Source: a virus (lineage: Duplodnaviria > Caudoviricetes). Taken from it: a stretch of DNA of 64,000 nucleotides. The stretch spans positions 1-64,000 of IMG/VR virus record IMGVR_UViG_3300037067_007848; one strand, written 5' to 3'. Under the pieces are notes generated by a model. It did not search any database. It had not been told where the DNA came from and saw nothing but the letters and a program-made list of their open reading frames with translations. The position numbers were made by a program, and so were the translations under genes. Below, one piece after another: positions 17,808-28,432 of this stretch. Within the stretch, counting starts at the first letter, position 1; each line of letters starts with the position of its first letter.

Positions 17808-18436
17808 AATTAATTAAGTCATCATTTGAAATTATAAATTGGAATATTGATAATAAATTAATTGAGAGATGTGGGCGGGTTTGTTATCAGAGCGAATCAA
17901 AAGGCGACCCTGATAAGTTTGTAAAAATGGTTATTGATAGGGGGCATGAATCGGTCGTTGAACATAGTTCGGCAACAGTACAATTAATTATTGATCGTGG
18001 ATTTTTGGCCGAAATAACAAGGCACAGAATTATATCTCCATCGGCGGAATCAACACGATTCTGTACGTATAAAAGTGGTTGCACATTTATTATTCCACCA
18101 TGGGTTGATATTTTACCTGGAGAATATTATTATTTATTAGATGATTATAAAGATTATAATATAGAAAACAAAACTAGATTATGGTTCAACGCTATGTTAC
18201 ATAGTGAAAATTATTATAAAGATTTACTCTCGAATGGTTGGACTCCACAACAGGCTCGTTCAGTTTTGCCAAATTCATTAAAAACCGAGGTTGATATCAC
18301 CACAAACGCCCGAGAATGGCGACATATTTTTGATTTACGTTGTGATGCATCGGCCCATCCGCAAATGCGTGAGATTATGGTTCCTCTCCAACAAGAATTT
18401 GCCAAAAGAAATCCAATATTATTTGGAGACGTATAA
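17804..18436 (+). CDS. thyX: Flavin-dependent thymidylate synthase
   Basis: GHESVVEH, RHRIISPSAESTR, ARSVLPN, AHPQMR. Confidence 0.95.
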   Translation: MKLIKSSFEIINWNIDNKLIERCGRVCYQSESKGDPDKFVKMVIDRGHESVVEHSSATVQLIIDRGFLAEITRHRIISPSAESTRFCTYKSGCTFIIPPWVDILPGEYYYLLDDYKDYNIENKTRLWFNAMLHSENYYKDLLSNGWTPQQARSVLPNSLKTEVDITTNAREWRHIFDLRCDASAHPQMREIMVPLQQEFAKRNPILFGDV

Positions 18437-18441
18437 AAATA

Positions 18442-18795
18442 ATGCAGGAAAATATTCCAAAGATAGGTTGGGAAAAATGGAAAAGCCCCTACGAAATTGC
18501 AAAAGATGAGGATTCAGATGATTCTTATGAAAAAAATGATGTACTAAGACAATATGCCCTTAATCTTAAAACTTTTAATTTTTGGACTGGACATACCAAT
18601 TTTAGAATTACACGGGATATAGCCCAAATAGTTGAAAATACCAATGGGGTTGAAGTATTAGCCATTGTATCTCCCTACCGAATGCATGTTGGGGTAGGAA
18701 AAATGTTTAATTCGTCTACAACGCGACATATTATTAATAAAAATCTCTACGAATATTTACTACAACAGAAAGAAGAATATGACACGCAAGGATGA
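18442..18795 (+). CDS. Conserved phage hypothetical protein
   Basis: FNFWTGHTNF..GVE..SPYR motif. Confidence 0.65.
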   Translation: MQENIPKIGWEKWKSPYEIAKDEDSDDSYEKNDVLRQYALNLKTFNFWTGHTNFRITRDIAQIVENTNGVEVLAIVSPYRMHVGVGKMFNSSTTRHIINKNLYEYLLQQKEEYDTQG

Positions 18796-19450
18796 AAAAG
18801 AAGAATTATTACGAATTATACACGAATATTCACTTAATCCAAATACGCGGGAAATATATCTTAATGGTAATGTAGAAGACATAACAAAAGAATCATCTGA
18901 GATTGATTATAAAGTATCGACGGTTTTTATTAAAAATCTTAATTTTTTGGTTTCTCGGAGTAAAGAATCCCCAATTATTATTCATTTATCAACCATAGGA
19001 GGGGACTATGGGGCGGGAATTTCTATTTTTGACGCCATTTCCACCTGCCCATGTTATATTTATATCATTGTTCATGGGGAGGCATATTCTATTGGGAGTC
19101 TTATTCTACAGGCTGCCGATATGCGTATTATGATGCCAAATGCCTATTGCATGATCCACGAAGGATCTATTGAAATCCCCTCTTCGACAAATAAAGTGGC
19201 TAATTCGACTGTCACATGGTCTAAAGATATAACTGCCTTTATGCTAAATCTTTATGCCGAAAGATGTATAAACGGTGAATATTTTAAGGAGGGGGAAAAG
19301 ACCGAAAGAGAAATTAAAAAATTCATCCAAAATAAAATTGACAAAAAAGAAGACTGGTTTTTAACCGCAAAAGAAACGGTTTATTATGGATTTGCCGATG
19401 AAATTATAGGGGAAAATTCCAAGTATAAAAATATTAACGAAATTATCTAA
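18779..19450 (+). CDS. clpP: ClpP-like protease
   Basis: STIGGD, AYSIGS (Ser), MIHEG (His), DWFLTAKE..YGFADEI. Confidence 0.88.
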   Translation: MTRKDEKEELLRIIHEYSLNPNTREIYLNGNVEDITKESSEIDYKVSTVFIKNLNFLVSRSKESPIIIHLSTIGGDYGAGISIFDAISTCPCYIYIIVHGEAYSIGSLILQAADMRIMMPNAYCMIHEGSIEIPSSTNKVANSTVTWSKDITAFMLNLYAERCINGEYFKEGEKTEREIKKFIQNKIDKKEDWFLTAKETVYYGFADEIIGENSKYKNINEII

Positions 19451-19452
19451 AC

Positions 19453-19466
19453 GGTGTATACTAATA
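19453..19466 (+). promoter_or_regulatory. Candidate phage-specific promoter motif GGTGTATA
   Basis: Intergenic; same motif as at 3517. Confidence 0.4.
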
Positions 19467-19532
19467 ATAGGAATGTGGACTTTTATTTTTTGGGATATTG
19501 TGGATATACACCCTATTATTGGAGTGTAAAAC

Positions 19533-20372
19533 ATGGGTAGTTTAATCGTTAATACGACTGGAACTGACGTTGGCACCGATTTTTATGACGTTGCAGGTTC
19601 GGCCATTAGTTCTCAGCCAAAAGTTCTTGGTGGAGCCGCCGCCAATATTAAATATTCAGCATTGCTAGATAATGTTGGTATTTCACAGGCAAGCACCGTT
19701 TACGGCGGGGCGAAAGTTTATCGCGGCTTTGACAATGGTGTAGCCCCTGCATTTGTTAGTTCTACAAAAGATGCCACAGTAGCCAATTCTGGTGGATATT
19801 GTGGATATGCCTCTACAAGTCATGCCTTGTCAATTGGGGCAAAGCTATATATTGGCCCGTCAGGGACAGGAGCAGTTTCTGTTGGTCCTGGAATGGTAAA
19901 AAGCACATTATATGGCGAACAAACCATTACTGCGACTGGTGCGGCTGGTTTTACCACAGATAAAACATATAATACTGCCTATTTATCTGCACAAGTATCT
20001 TGTTTTGTTGATAATACCTCTGCTAATTTTGCCACATTAACCCCAGGTAAGTATATTGTTGCACATGGCAATACCTATACATTAGCGGGAATTGCAAAAA
20101 CTGCCCTCAAATCAATGACTAAGACTGACGTTCGATCAACCAATAAAGTTGAGGCGATTCGGACCCAGAAAACATCATTGGGTATGCAGGCTGGCTATTA
20201 CAATGTATTAACTGGTAAATGGACAACCGCCCCTTATATTAGCGAAGATGGGGCAACTGGTAATATGAAATATGACGCTGCGGCTAGTGGTTCTTGGGCT
20301 TATGCTGGAACATTGACATATAAATATGCCAATACTCCAACAACTGCTTCTTACCAAGCAAGAACTGACTAA
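19533..20372 (+). CDS. Probable virion structural protein
   Basis: Gly/Ala/Thr/Ser-rich; own candidate promoter and terminator. Confidence 0.5.
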   Translation: MGSLIVNTTGTDVGTDFYDVAGSAISSQPKVLGGAAANIKYSALLDNVGISQASTVYGGAKVYRGFDNGVAPAFVSSTKDATVANSGGYCGYASTSHALSIGAKLYIGPSGTGAVSVGPGMVKSTLYGEQTITATGAAGFTTDKTYNTAYLSAQVSCFVDNTSANFATLTPGKYIVAHGNTYTLAGIAKTALKSMTKTDVRSTNKVEAIRTQKTSLGMQAGYYNVLTGKWTTAPYISEDGATGNMKYDAAASGSWAYAGTLTYKYANTPTTASYQARTD

Positions 20373-20390
20373 TTGGGATTAATTTAATAG

Positions 20391-20423
20391 ATGGGCGGGA
20401 TGAAAAACTCCCGCTCATTTTTT
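20391..20423 (+). terminator. Rho-independent terminator
   Basis: atgggcggga/tcccgctcat stem followed by a T-tract. Confidence 0.85.
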
Positions 20424-20445
20424 CATTTTATTTAAGGAAAATACC

Positions 20446-21009
20446 GTGGCGATAAAAAAAGAAAATTCAAACGCGAATACCAATGAACATTTAGAGAGTA
20501 GAGTGGGTAAATTAGAGGGGACAATGGAGACATTGGCCGAGGGTTTACGAACCACAAGCACGAACGTTGATAAATTAATAAATCAACAAAATTTGTTTAA
20601 GGAAGAGGTTTTAGGTAAATTGGGCACTTTAACTGCCCCAAAATGGCCCTTAATTCTTTCCTTTATAATGGCTGGGCTAACAATTTTTGGGTTAGTTGGA
20701 ACTGTTATGGCATTTATGATGTCGGGGCAAAGAGATGCCATTGAAACATTAAAAGCACAAATTCAAACAGCCCAAATAAACGAATTAAATAATAAATACG
20801 AAGATGGAAAGACCTCTATAATTAGAGAAAATATAACAAATGATCTTAGTTCTCTCAAAAGTAGTATTTTAGATGTTCAAAAATGGCAAGTTCTTCACGA
20901 AAATGAAGATTCTAAATTACATGGGGAGGAAATTGCCAAATTGGGAAAGCTGAATTCCGACGTGGAAAAAATTGAACAACGGCAATATTTACATAATTTG
21001 AAAAAGTAA
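20446..21009 (+). CDS. Coiled-coil membrane protein
   Basis: Central TM helix with flanking heptads. Confidence 0.65.
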   Translation: MAIKKENSNANTNEHLESRVGKLEGTMETLAEGLRTTSTNVDKLINQQNLFKEEVLGKLGTLTAPKWPLILSFIMAGLTIFGLVGTVMAFMMSGQRDAIETLKAQIQTAQINELNNKYEDGKTSIIRENITNDLSSLKSSILDVQKWQVLHENEDSKLHGEEIAKLGKLNSDVEKIEQRQYLHNLKK

Positions 21010-21037
21010 TAAAATAAATAATTTAGAAATATAACAT

Positions 21038-21670
21038 ATGTATGAAAAAGATAGAATATATATTCCGTATAAAGAGGCAAAACCTTTAATTAAAGATGCC
21101 GATTTATTCCTCTATTGTGGCAATGCCTGGTATTCTTTTTTTATAAAACGGGCTGGTAGAGGTCAGTATTCACATGGCGGATTGGCCAGTTGGAATGATA
21201 ATATTTTAGAAAGTGTTGAATTTAACGGTTGGCGTGGTGGTGGAGCAACATTTAACGTTGATAACTTATTTCCCGAATATACAAAACAAATAGATGTTTA
21301 TCGAGTATCGGACTATATAGAGGTAATAAATTACAATCGAGAATTTAATGTTATTGCACATAATAATCTTACCCTGGATAGAAAATGTGTTTGCCAAACA
21401 ATGCGGGGACTAACAGGGCTTCCGTATGGGTGGCGGCGAATTTTTTGGTTTGTCAAAAGTTATTTGTTTGGATTACGTTTTTGTTATGATATTGAAGACT
21501 TAACATCCGACGAATTAGAAAAATTAATATATCCAGTTTGTTCGACTGCAATTGCCTATTCTTTTAATAAATGCGGATTCAAATTATTGCACCAATTGGC
21601 CGACGAATGGACACAACCCTCAAATCTTGCAAATAGTCCATTAACAAATTATCTATTTACAATAGTTTAA
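21038..21670 (+). CDS. Permuted papain-like amidase
   Basis: DADLFLY...YSHGG...GLPYGW...VCSTAIA...PSNL. Confidence 0.75.
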   Translation: MYEKDRIYIPYKEAKPLIKDADLFLYCGNAWYSFFIKRAGRGQYSHGGLASWNDNILESVEFNGWRGGGATFNVDNLFPEYTKQIDVYRVSDYIEVINYNREFNVIAHNNLTLDRKCVCQTMRGLTGLPYGWRRIFWFVKSYLFGLRFCYDIEDLTSDELEKLIYPVCSTAIAYSFNKCGFKLLHQLADEWTQPSNLANSPLTNYLFTIV

Positions 21671-21685
21671 TTTTAGGAAATCTTT

Positions 21686-22036
21686 ATGACAATTAATGAA
21701 TTATCTACCGAACTGTCTAAAAATGTCTACCCAAACGAAGAAAAAAAGCAATTTGACCCATTAACAATATTGATGATAACTTCAATTATAGTTAATGTTA
21801 TTCGGATTATACAAAACTGTCAATTAGACGACGAACGCCTAAAAGATAAAATAAAACACCCACATTTATTTGATAAAATTAGGTTACGCCGCACTGTTCT
21901 ACACGAATTAAGAAAGAATAATAATCAAGACCTCGATAAAGAAATAGTCGTTGAAAATTTGTACAAATTGGGGTATAATATGAATATCCAAGACGTACAA
22001 AATCTTTATCAAGAGGCCAAAGATGGAAAATTCTAA
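21686..22036 (+). CDS. Hypothetical protein
   Basis: ORF with RBS. Confidence 0.6.
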   Translation: MTINELSTELSKNVYPNEEKKQFDPLTILMITSIIVNVIRIIQNCQLDDERLKDKIKHPHLFDKIRLRRTVLHELRKNNNQDLDKEIVVENLYKLGYNMNIQDVQNLYQEAKDGKF

Positions 22037-22604
22037 TTGGGCAGAATATTTTTTTACTTTTATTAATGACCGCCCCTGCGAAGAAGAAAATGACTTTGCT
22101 AATTTAGAATGGAAACGCCCACCTCGCAAAATTCCCTCTAAAGATGAGCGATACATGGGTTTGGCATGGATGATCGCGGGATTTTCTAAAGACCCCGACA
22201 CACAAATCGGGGCCATTTTTATCGGCAAAGGTAATTACCCACTATCATTTGGGTATAATGGTCTGCCGCGTGGAATAGATGATGATTCATTCGATTGGCA
22301 AAGAGAAACAAAAAGAAATGTTGTAGTTCATGCCGAAATGAATGCTATTAGGCATAGCGATAAGAAAAAATTGACTGGGTCAACCCTATATGTCACCGCC
22401 ATGCCATGTCATAATTGTATGATTCAACTTATTAATTATGGTGTAAAACGCATAGTCTATTACAATCTCAAAGTCGATAAAAACTCTTCAATAAATGATA
22501 ATGCCAAAGATAAAACTTTATATCTTGCCAAATTATCTGGCATAGCAATAGAAGAATTTCAAGGTGGTTTAGGCTGGCTTGGTGAAAGGATTAAACAAAT
22601 ATGA
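22023..22604 (+). CDS. dCMP deaminase
   Basis: SKDPDTQIGA, GYNG, HAEMNA, PCHNC. Confidence 0.93.
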   Translation: MENSNWAEYFFTFINDRPCEEENDFANLEWKRPPRKIPSKDERYMGLAWMIAGFSKDPDTQIGAIFIGKGNYPLSFGYNGLPRGIDDDSFDWQRETKRNVVVHAEMNAIRHSDKKKLTGSTLYVTAMPCHNCMIQLINYGVKRIVYYNLKVDKNSSINDNAKDKTLYLAKLSGIAIEEFQGGLGWLGERIKQI

Positions 22605-22825
22605 TTAAAAATAATCCAGATATGGCAAATTTTGAGTTAGTGGTTTACAAAAGAGATTCCAAAGGAAACCCAACGAATCAAAAAATTTCACATCAAAGTA
22701 ATTCTGGATATGGAGTGGCCCAATTCTATGGTAAAAATGTAGTGGCATATCGTCAGAAAAAAGGAACGTCAATTCCAGGGGCGGAAGAGGCAGATAAGAT
22801 TTTACGAGATATGTATAATGATTAA
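22601..22825 (+). CDS. Hypothetical protein
   Basis: Operon ORF. Confidence 0.55.
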   Translation: MIKNNPDMANFELVVYKRDSKGNPTNQKISHQSNSGYGVAQFYGKNVVAYRQKKGTSIPGAEEADKILRDMYND

Positions 22826-22920
22826 TTATGTCAAAGAATAATAGGGCATATCGTCTGGCACAATTAAAAAGAAATTAAAGCAAAAATTAGTGAAAAAGAA
22901 AGTGTTCAACAGGAGATATT

Positions 22921-25890
22921 TTGAATAGTAAAAAATTAGTAGAAGATTATTTATATAAACAAGATTGGCGTGTTAAAGAAAACTCAAATTCCCCATATTG
23001 TTTTGGGGCATTAAATAAACATTTGTCAGCGTCAGTTTCGGCGGATTATTGGTTAAAAGAGGTATATACCACAGAAATTGGAGAGGCTCATAAACATTGT
23101 TTTATAAAATTACACGACCTTGGAATATTGAGCCTATATTCATATTTTGGAGAAGAATGCGTTCTTATAAAATATAATAATAATTATAGTTATATTTCTT
23201 TTAGACAATTATATGCCCTAATAAAGGAAGAGGAAGAAATTTTTAATGAAAAAGATGGGGCATATGTAAAATATCCTAAAGATTTATTTGTTGAGGATAA
23301 AAATGGATTTGTAAATATTTCTAGGGTTATAAAAAAGAAAAGAAATAATAATTTTTATTTTGTAAAATCTACAAATGGATTTTCACAATTGGTTACTGAC
23401 AATCATCCGGTTATTACAAATAAAGGTGATGTTATTGCGAAAGACCTAACAAATACCCATCAGATTTCTACATATAAACAAGAACTTTATGGAGATCAAA
23501 AAGAAATCTGTGTTGCTGAAATAATAAAAGAAAAATTTGCAATAGATAATTATACAATTAATGGTAAAACGATAAAAGATTATAAAGAACAAGGTTTACT
23601 AAGTATATACAATTCGCCATATTCAATTAACAATTATTTAAAATTAGACGGACAACTTGGATGGTTGATTGGAATGATATTGGCCGAAGGAAGTATACGT
23701 AAAAATAATATTTCCATAGCACAAAACGATGGTGTAATTAAAAATAAGATTTCCGAGTGTTTGAATAAAATATCTATTGCATATAATGTTTCAAATAAAG
23801 ATGTGTCAATCAAATCTAAAGTTTTTATTAAATTTATTAATTCATTACTAGGAAATGAATATTCAAAATTAAAACATCTTCCAAGTAATTTTATTAATTT
23901 TAATAAAGAGTTTTTACTTGGTATTATAGCAGGAGTATTTGATGGGGATGGGACGAGAACGTTTGATTATGGGTTAAGATGTATTATTAGAATAACTTCG
24001 AGATTATTATTAAATCAACTTAGTTATATATTACGTTCTATTGACATAAATCCAAGAGAAGGTAAGCCATATTTTAATAATAAAAGTAAAACAGGTTTTA
24101 AATCAAACTTTCCAATGTTTTATTTATCCTTTTCTTGTACAAAAGATTTATTACCTGAAAGTATTAAATGTAATAGCGAAGGCAATAAAACGGTAGATTC
24201 AACAAAAAAAACAAGCAAATATGACTTTGGATTTGGGGAAAAAAATATTGTTGTATTGAAAGAAATAGATTATTTAGACGAAGAATTTGTATACGATATT
24301 ACAACTGAAACAAATACATTTTTATGTAATGGAATTTTGTCCCATAATTGTTCCGGGTATTCTTTAAGAACCGTTCTTGAAAAAGGAATAAAGGGAATTG
24401 CGAATATTCCTGCGTCAAAACCTGCAAAACATTTTATGTCAATTTTAAACCAATTGGCCAATCTCACCACTATTTTTCAAAATGAAATAGCAGGGGCGGT
24501 AGCATTTAATAATGTTGATACACTTTTAGCCCCGTTTGTTAAAGAAGATAAACTAACATATGACGAGGTTTATCAATTTATGCAAAATTTTATCTTCTCT
24601 ATTAACTCAAATTCAAGGGCGGGGGCCGAGCCATCTTTCTCTAATCTAACATTTGATCTTACCCCTGATGAAAATTTATTAATCCAACCAGTTACCCACA
24701 ATGGAAAACTACTTGATTATACATATAAAGAATGTCAAAAAGAAATGGATATGATAAACAAAGCATTCTTTACCTTAATGTTAAACGGTGATGCCCAGGG
24801 GAAACCGTTTGGATATCCAATCCCAACATATAATATACATAATAGATTCGACTGGGATAATCCTAATAATGATTTATTATGGGAACTGTGTGGCAAGTAT
24901 GGGACTCCCTATTTTGCCAATTTTATTAATAGTGATATGGACCCAAAAGATATTAGATCACTATGCTGTCGTTTAAGACTCGACCTTAAAGAACTTCGTC
25001 ATAAAAATGGGGGATTATTTGGCTCGGGTGATTCGACTGGTTCAATAGGAGTATGTACATTAAATCTTCCGCGACTAGCTCACGTATCCAATAAAGATAT
25101 TCCTACTTTTTATAATATATTAGATAAATATTTAAATATTGCAAAAGATAGTCTTGAAATAAGGCGTGGATTTTTGCAAAAGTTATTTGAATTGGGTACT
25201 ATGCCAGCATTCAAAGAATACGTCGGAACATTAAATAATTATTTTAATACAATTGGCTACGTCGGGCTAAATGAATGTCTTGTTAATTTAACAGGAAAAA
25301 ATATTCTTGAAAATAAACAATTAGGCTTAGAAATATTAGGATATATAAGAAAAAAGATTATTGAATTTCAACAAGAAACTGGGCATTTATATAATCTTGA
25401 GGCAACGCCAGCCGAATCAACGGCTTTTAGTTTTGCCAAAAAGGATGTAGAGGAATTTGGATATAAAAATATTTGCGTACAAGGGCCTGCTACCGCTCCG
25501 TATTATACCAATTCATGTCATATTCCAGTTAAACTAGTAAATAATATCAAGGAATTGTTAGACAATCAAAATGAATTGCAAGCGGCACATACAGGGGGAA
25601 CGGTTGTCCATATTTATACCAATGGGCCAATTTCGGGGCAGCAAGCTAAAAATCTAATACAATATATATGTAAAAATTATAAAATTCCATATGTAAGTCA
25701 TTCTCCTCTTAATACTATTTGCCCCGAACATGGATTATTAATTCCCTCAAAAAATATTTGCGATATATGTGGGCAAAAAACTCAAAAATACCAACGTATT
25801 ACTGGCTATATTCGTAATGTAGAACATTTTAATCCTGGCAAAACATCCGAATTCAATGATAGAAATCAAATATGCGATATAAAGGTATAA
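22921..25890 (+). CDS. nrdD: Anaerobic ribonucleoside-triphosphate reductase (class III), intein-containing
   Basis: DWRVKENSN, SLCCRL, LEATPAES, C-terminal RITGY glycyl-radical motif; TTG start with AGGAG. Confidence 0.95.
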   Translation: MNSKKLVEDYLYKQDWRVKENSNSPYCFGALNKHLSASVSADYWLKEVYTTEIGEAHKHCFIKLHDLGILSLYSYFGEECVLIKYNNNYSYISFRQLYALIKEEEEIFNEKDGAYVKYPKDLFVEDKNGFVNISRVIKKKRNNNFYFVKSTNGFSQLVTDNHPVITNKGDVIAKDLTNTHQISTYKQELYGDQKEICVAEIIKEKFAIDNYTINGKTIKDYKEQGLLSIYNSPYSINNYLKLDGQLGWLIGMILAEGSIRKNNISIAQNDGVIKNKISECLNKISIAYNVSNKDVSIKSKVFIKFINSLLGNEYSKLKHLPSNFINFNKEFLLGIIAGVFDGDGTRTFDYGLRCIIRITSRLLLNQLSYILRSIDINPREGKPYFNNKSKTGFKSNFPMFYLSFSCTKDLLPESIKCNSEGNKTVDSTKKTSKYDFGFGEKNIVVLKEIDYLDEEFVYDITTETNTFLCNGILSHNCSGYSLRTVLEKGIKGIANIPASKPAKHFMSILNQLANLTTIFQNEIAGAVAFNNVDTLLAPFVKEDKLTYDEVYQFMQNFIFSINSNSRAGAEPSFSNLTFDLTPDENLLIQPVTHNGKLLDYTYKECQKEMDMINKAFFTLMLNGDAQGKPFGYPIPTYNIHNRFDWDNPNNDLLWELCGKYGTPYFANFINSDMDPKDIRSLCCRLRLDLKELRHKNGGLFGSGDSTGSIGVCTLNLPRLAHVSNKDIPTFYNILDKYLNIAKDSLEIRRGFLQKLFELGTMPAFKEYVGTLNNYFNTIGYVGLNECLVNLTGKNILENKQLGLEILGYIRKKIIEFQQETGHLYNLEATPAESTAFSFAKKDVEEFGYKNICVQGPATAPYYTNSCHIPVKLVNNIKELLDNQNELQAAHTGGTVVHIYTNGPISGQQAKNLIQYICKNYKIPYVSHSPLNTICPEHGLLIPSKNICDICGQKTQKYQRITGYIRNVEHFNPGKTSEFNDRNQICDIKV
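23140..24348 (+). mobile_element. 403-aa intein with LAGLIDADG endonuclease in NrdD
   Basis: LSLY|SYFGEE...VTDNHP...LIGMILAEG...IAGVFDGDG...VYDITT..NGILSHN|CSG. Confidence 0.92.
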
Positions 25891-26324
25891 TTTATGATAA
25901 TAAGGATCATCCATTGGGTTTGGGGACTTTAATTATTGCGGATAATTGTACACATGATTGTAAATGTTGTATAAATAGGGGGATAATAACAAAACCCTCT
26001 TTTTCACATGATTATAGAAGTATTTTAACGAATATTTTCAAAAAAACAATTAATAAATATATAATATTGGGCGGATTGGAATGGACAGAACAAATAGAGG
26101 ATGTATACAATATATTGGAATTATGCACAGATTTAAAATCCCCTCCTATTTTATATACACATTGGCCTGAAGAAGAATTTGCTAAAAAATTTCCAAAATT
26201 ATTTCAGTATCATGGATTTTATATTAAATTTGGAGAATATTTAGAAAAATTCAAATCAAATAAATATTTTTCACATGGAATACCACTCGCCTCAACAAAT
26301 CAATATATTAAATATTTTCAATAA
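25872..26324 (+). CDS. nrdG: Anaerobic RNR activating radical-SAM protein
   Basis: CTHDCKCC, LGGLEW, LASTNQY; adjacent to nrdD. Confidence 0.85.
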   Translation: MRYKGIIYDNKDHPLGLGTLIIADNCTHDCKCCINRGIITKPSFSHDYRSILTNIFKKTINKYIILGGLEWTEQIEDVYNILELCTDLKSPPILYTHWPEEEFAKKFPKLFQYHGFYIKFGEYLEKFKSNKYFSHGIPLASTNQYIKYFQ

Positions 26325-26428
26325 GTGTGAGCCAATTGACTAAAAATATGGAATCTCCATTGAAAATTTTGCCAATTCGTCTATACTTAGTGTATTAAGA
26401 CTTCTTTAAAATCAAAAGTGGAAATAAA

Positions 26429-27445
26429 ATGGAACAAAAAATTATTAATTTGCTAAAAGATGTATTTGATATACATAACATTAGATATAGTATAATTCCC
26501 ATCGAAAATATAGAAAGCCCTATTTACAACATATGGGAATATTATATCCCCAAGGATATTGTTTGTAATCCTGTTTATTTGGATAATGATAAAACAGCAC
26601 AAAGGGCGATGTATACATTTATAAATGATATTATCAATTCTTTAAATATAAATGATAAAATTGATATTTTAGACATTAATATAAACCAAGAAAATGATGC
26701 TTTTATATTACAAATAAAATATAATATTTCACCATGGTATAAGAATGATAATTTAAAATTTATAGGAAGTCCGTCAGAATCTATTTATACAAATTTAAAA
26801 GGAATGCTAAAACGATATTCTATAAATTTAATTAAATTAAATAACAGTTCAAATTGTCGAATACTGCATTATACATTACCATACGATGAAAAAAATATTG
26901 TTAATATAGATAGTATTTTTGAGAATAATTATATTTTAGAAGATATTATTTTACAATATTTAGATTTGAAACTTATAAAATATCCCAATCTTCCCGAAAC
27001 ATTGAAGGAACAAAATGCTGTTTTAATAATGGGTCAAATAAATATATTTAAATATAAAGATTTATGTGTAATAGAAGTACCAGTTTTAAAAGGAATAGAT
27101 ATGCCCACTTATACTTTTGAATGTGTTAAAGAAGATGGTGGTTGTGGAGAAATTTTTGAAGAATATATGTTAATGTCCGATTATTCCGAAAATAATTTCC
27201 CACATTGCCCAAAATGTCAAAATAGGCGATTTATTAGGCGTAATTTTGCCGCTGATACAACACGCGGATTTGTCGAAACTAATACTTTGGGCTCTTTGGC
27301 AGAAAAAAATACCGACAAAATGAGTGACGATCAAAAACAGGTTTTATACGAACAACACCACGACTATCTAATAAATAAAAATCGCCCCGAACTTCCAAAA
27401 CACATGCAATATCTCCAAGACCCTTCAAGGTTTAAACAACGATGA
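26429..27445 (+). CDS. Hypothetical protein; C-terminal part (from 27101) is an FmdB-like zinc-ribbon protein
   Basis: Internal AAGGA RBS and ATG 27101 giving MPTYTFEC..CG...CPKC. Confidence 0.6.
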   Translation: MEQKIINLLKDVFDIHNIRYSIIPIENIESPIYNIWEYYIPKDIVCNPVYLDNDKTAQRAMYTFINDIINSLNINDKIDILDININQENDAFILQIKYNISPWYKNDNLKFIGSPSESIYTNLKGMLKRYSINLIKLNNSSNCRILHYTLPYDEKNIVNIDSIFENNYILEDIILQYLDLKLIKYPNLPETLKEQNAVLIMGQINIFKYKDLCVIEVPVLKGIDMPTYTFECVKEDGGCGEIFEEYMLMSDYSENNFPHCPKCQNRRFIRRNFAADTTRGFVETNTLGSLAEKNTDKMSDDQKQVLYEQHHDYLINKNRPELPKHMQYLQDPSRFKQR

Positions 27446-27666
27446 GACCTAATGCTATAAAAGCCAAACCACACGAACCGCTTGCCCCACATCAAGCCAT
27501 TATTACAATTAACTGTGATATTATGGAAAATTTGCCTAGTGGACATGTAAGTGGACTAACAATTAAAAAATTAACAAAATTATTATCAATTAAAGGAAAG
27601 GACTTTGACGAATGCCTACAAAAAGCAGAAAAGTTATTAAGCCAAATGCACCAACCCACGGAATAA
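27442..27666 (+). CDS. Hypothetical protein
   Basis: Operon ORF. Confidence 0.5.
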   Translation: MRPNAIKAKPHEPLAPHQAIITINCDIMENLPSGHVSGLTIKKLTKLLSIKGKDFDECLQKAEKLLSQMHQPTE

Positions 27667-28076
27667 GGCAGGCCGAATTAGACCAATGCGTTGTTCGTCT
27701 ACAAACTAAACAACCCGACACTAAATTAGTAAAGCAGTTTAAGACATATTACACGATATTTGGTGAACATGACCGCCTTATTGATGAAGAAGGAAATGAG
27801 GGGGAAAATGGCTATCCATCCCTTGATAAGGAAGTAAAGAAAAAAATATACGCAAAAATTGCACATGGGGCACGAACAAAATATTATATCCGCGTAGACG
27901 CTACTGGAATGTTTTATAACCCAATCGGCTTATACGAAGAGAGAAGTAATAAATCCCGTTATGTGAATAACTTTGTTTTTGCCGAGGTTAATCAAAATAT
28001 ATTCGTAAAATATGCAAAATTTCTTAAGACACGAAATGACGGATATTTACGTCAGGCACGAAGGGAGGGAATGTAA
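27612..28076 (+). CDS. Conserved phage hypothetical protein (start uncertain)
   Basis: YNPIG...Y.KFLKT.N..YL..A.R pattern. Confidence 0.6.
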   Translation: MPTKSRKVIKPNAPTHGIRQAELDQCVVRLQTKQPDTKLVKQFKTYYTIFGEHDRLIDEEGNEGENGYPSLDKEVKKKIYAKIAHGARTKYYIRVDATGMFYNPIGLYEERSNKSRYVNNFVFAEVNQNIFVKYAKFLKTRNDGYLRQARREGM

Positions 28077-28429
28077 TGGGTTATCCATCTTTAACATTAA
28101 AAGAAAAGTATGCCATTCAAGGAATGTTGGCCAATGGATTGAGTGTGGCCGAAATGGCCCGCGTGGTAAAAAAAAGTTCAACATGTGTTAGTGAATATAT
28201 TAAGAAAAATCTTACTGTTAAAAAAATAGACGAACGATTTACCCAAATTAATGATTTAAATCTTGGGGTTCCAAAAAAACAATCAAAATTAGTCATACTA
28301 AAACGGGCTGGTGCAACAGTAATGACACAGGCTGGATCGGAAATTGGCGATGAAATTATCAAACATATTCCAAAACTTTCAAGGAGTGTTCGCGGACATT
28401 TGTATACAAGTGATGGCGAACAAATTTAG
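28076..28429 (+). CDS. HTH-containing protein
   Basis: LTLKEKYAI..M...GLSVAEMARVV. Confidence 0.6.
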   Translation: MGYPSLTLKEKYAIQGMLANGLSVAEMARVVKKSSTCVSEYIKKNLTVKKIDERFTQINDLNLGVPKKQSKLVILKRAGATVMTQAGSEIGDEIIKHIPKLSRSVRGHLYTSDGEQI

Positions 28430-28432
28430 GAA

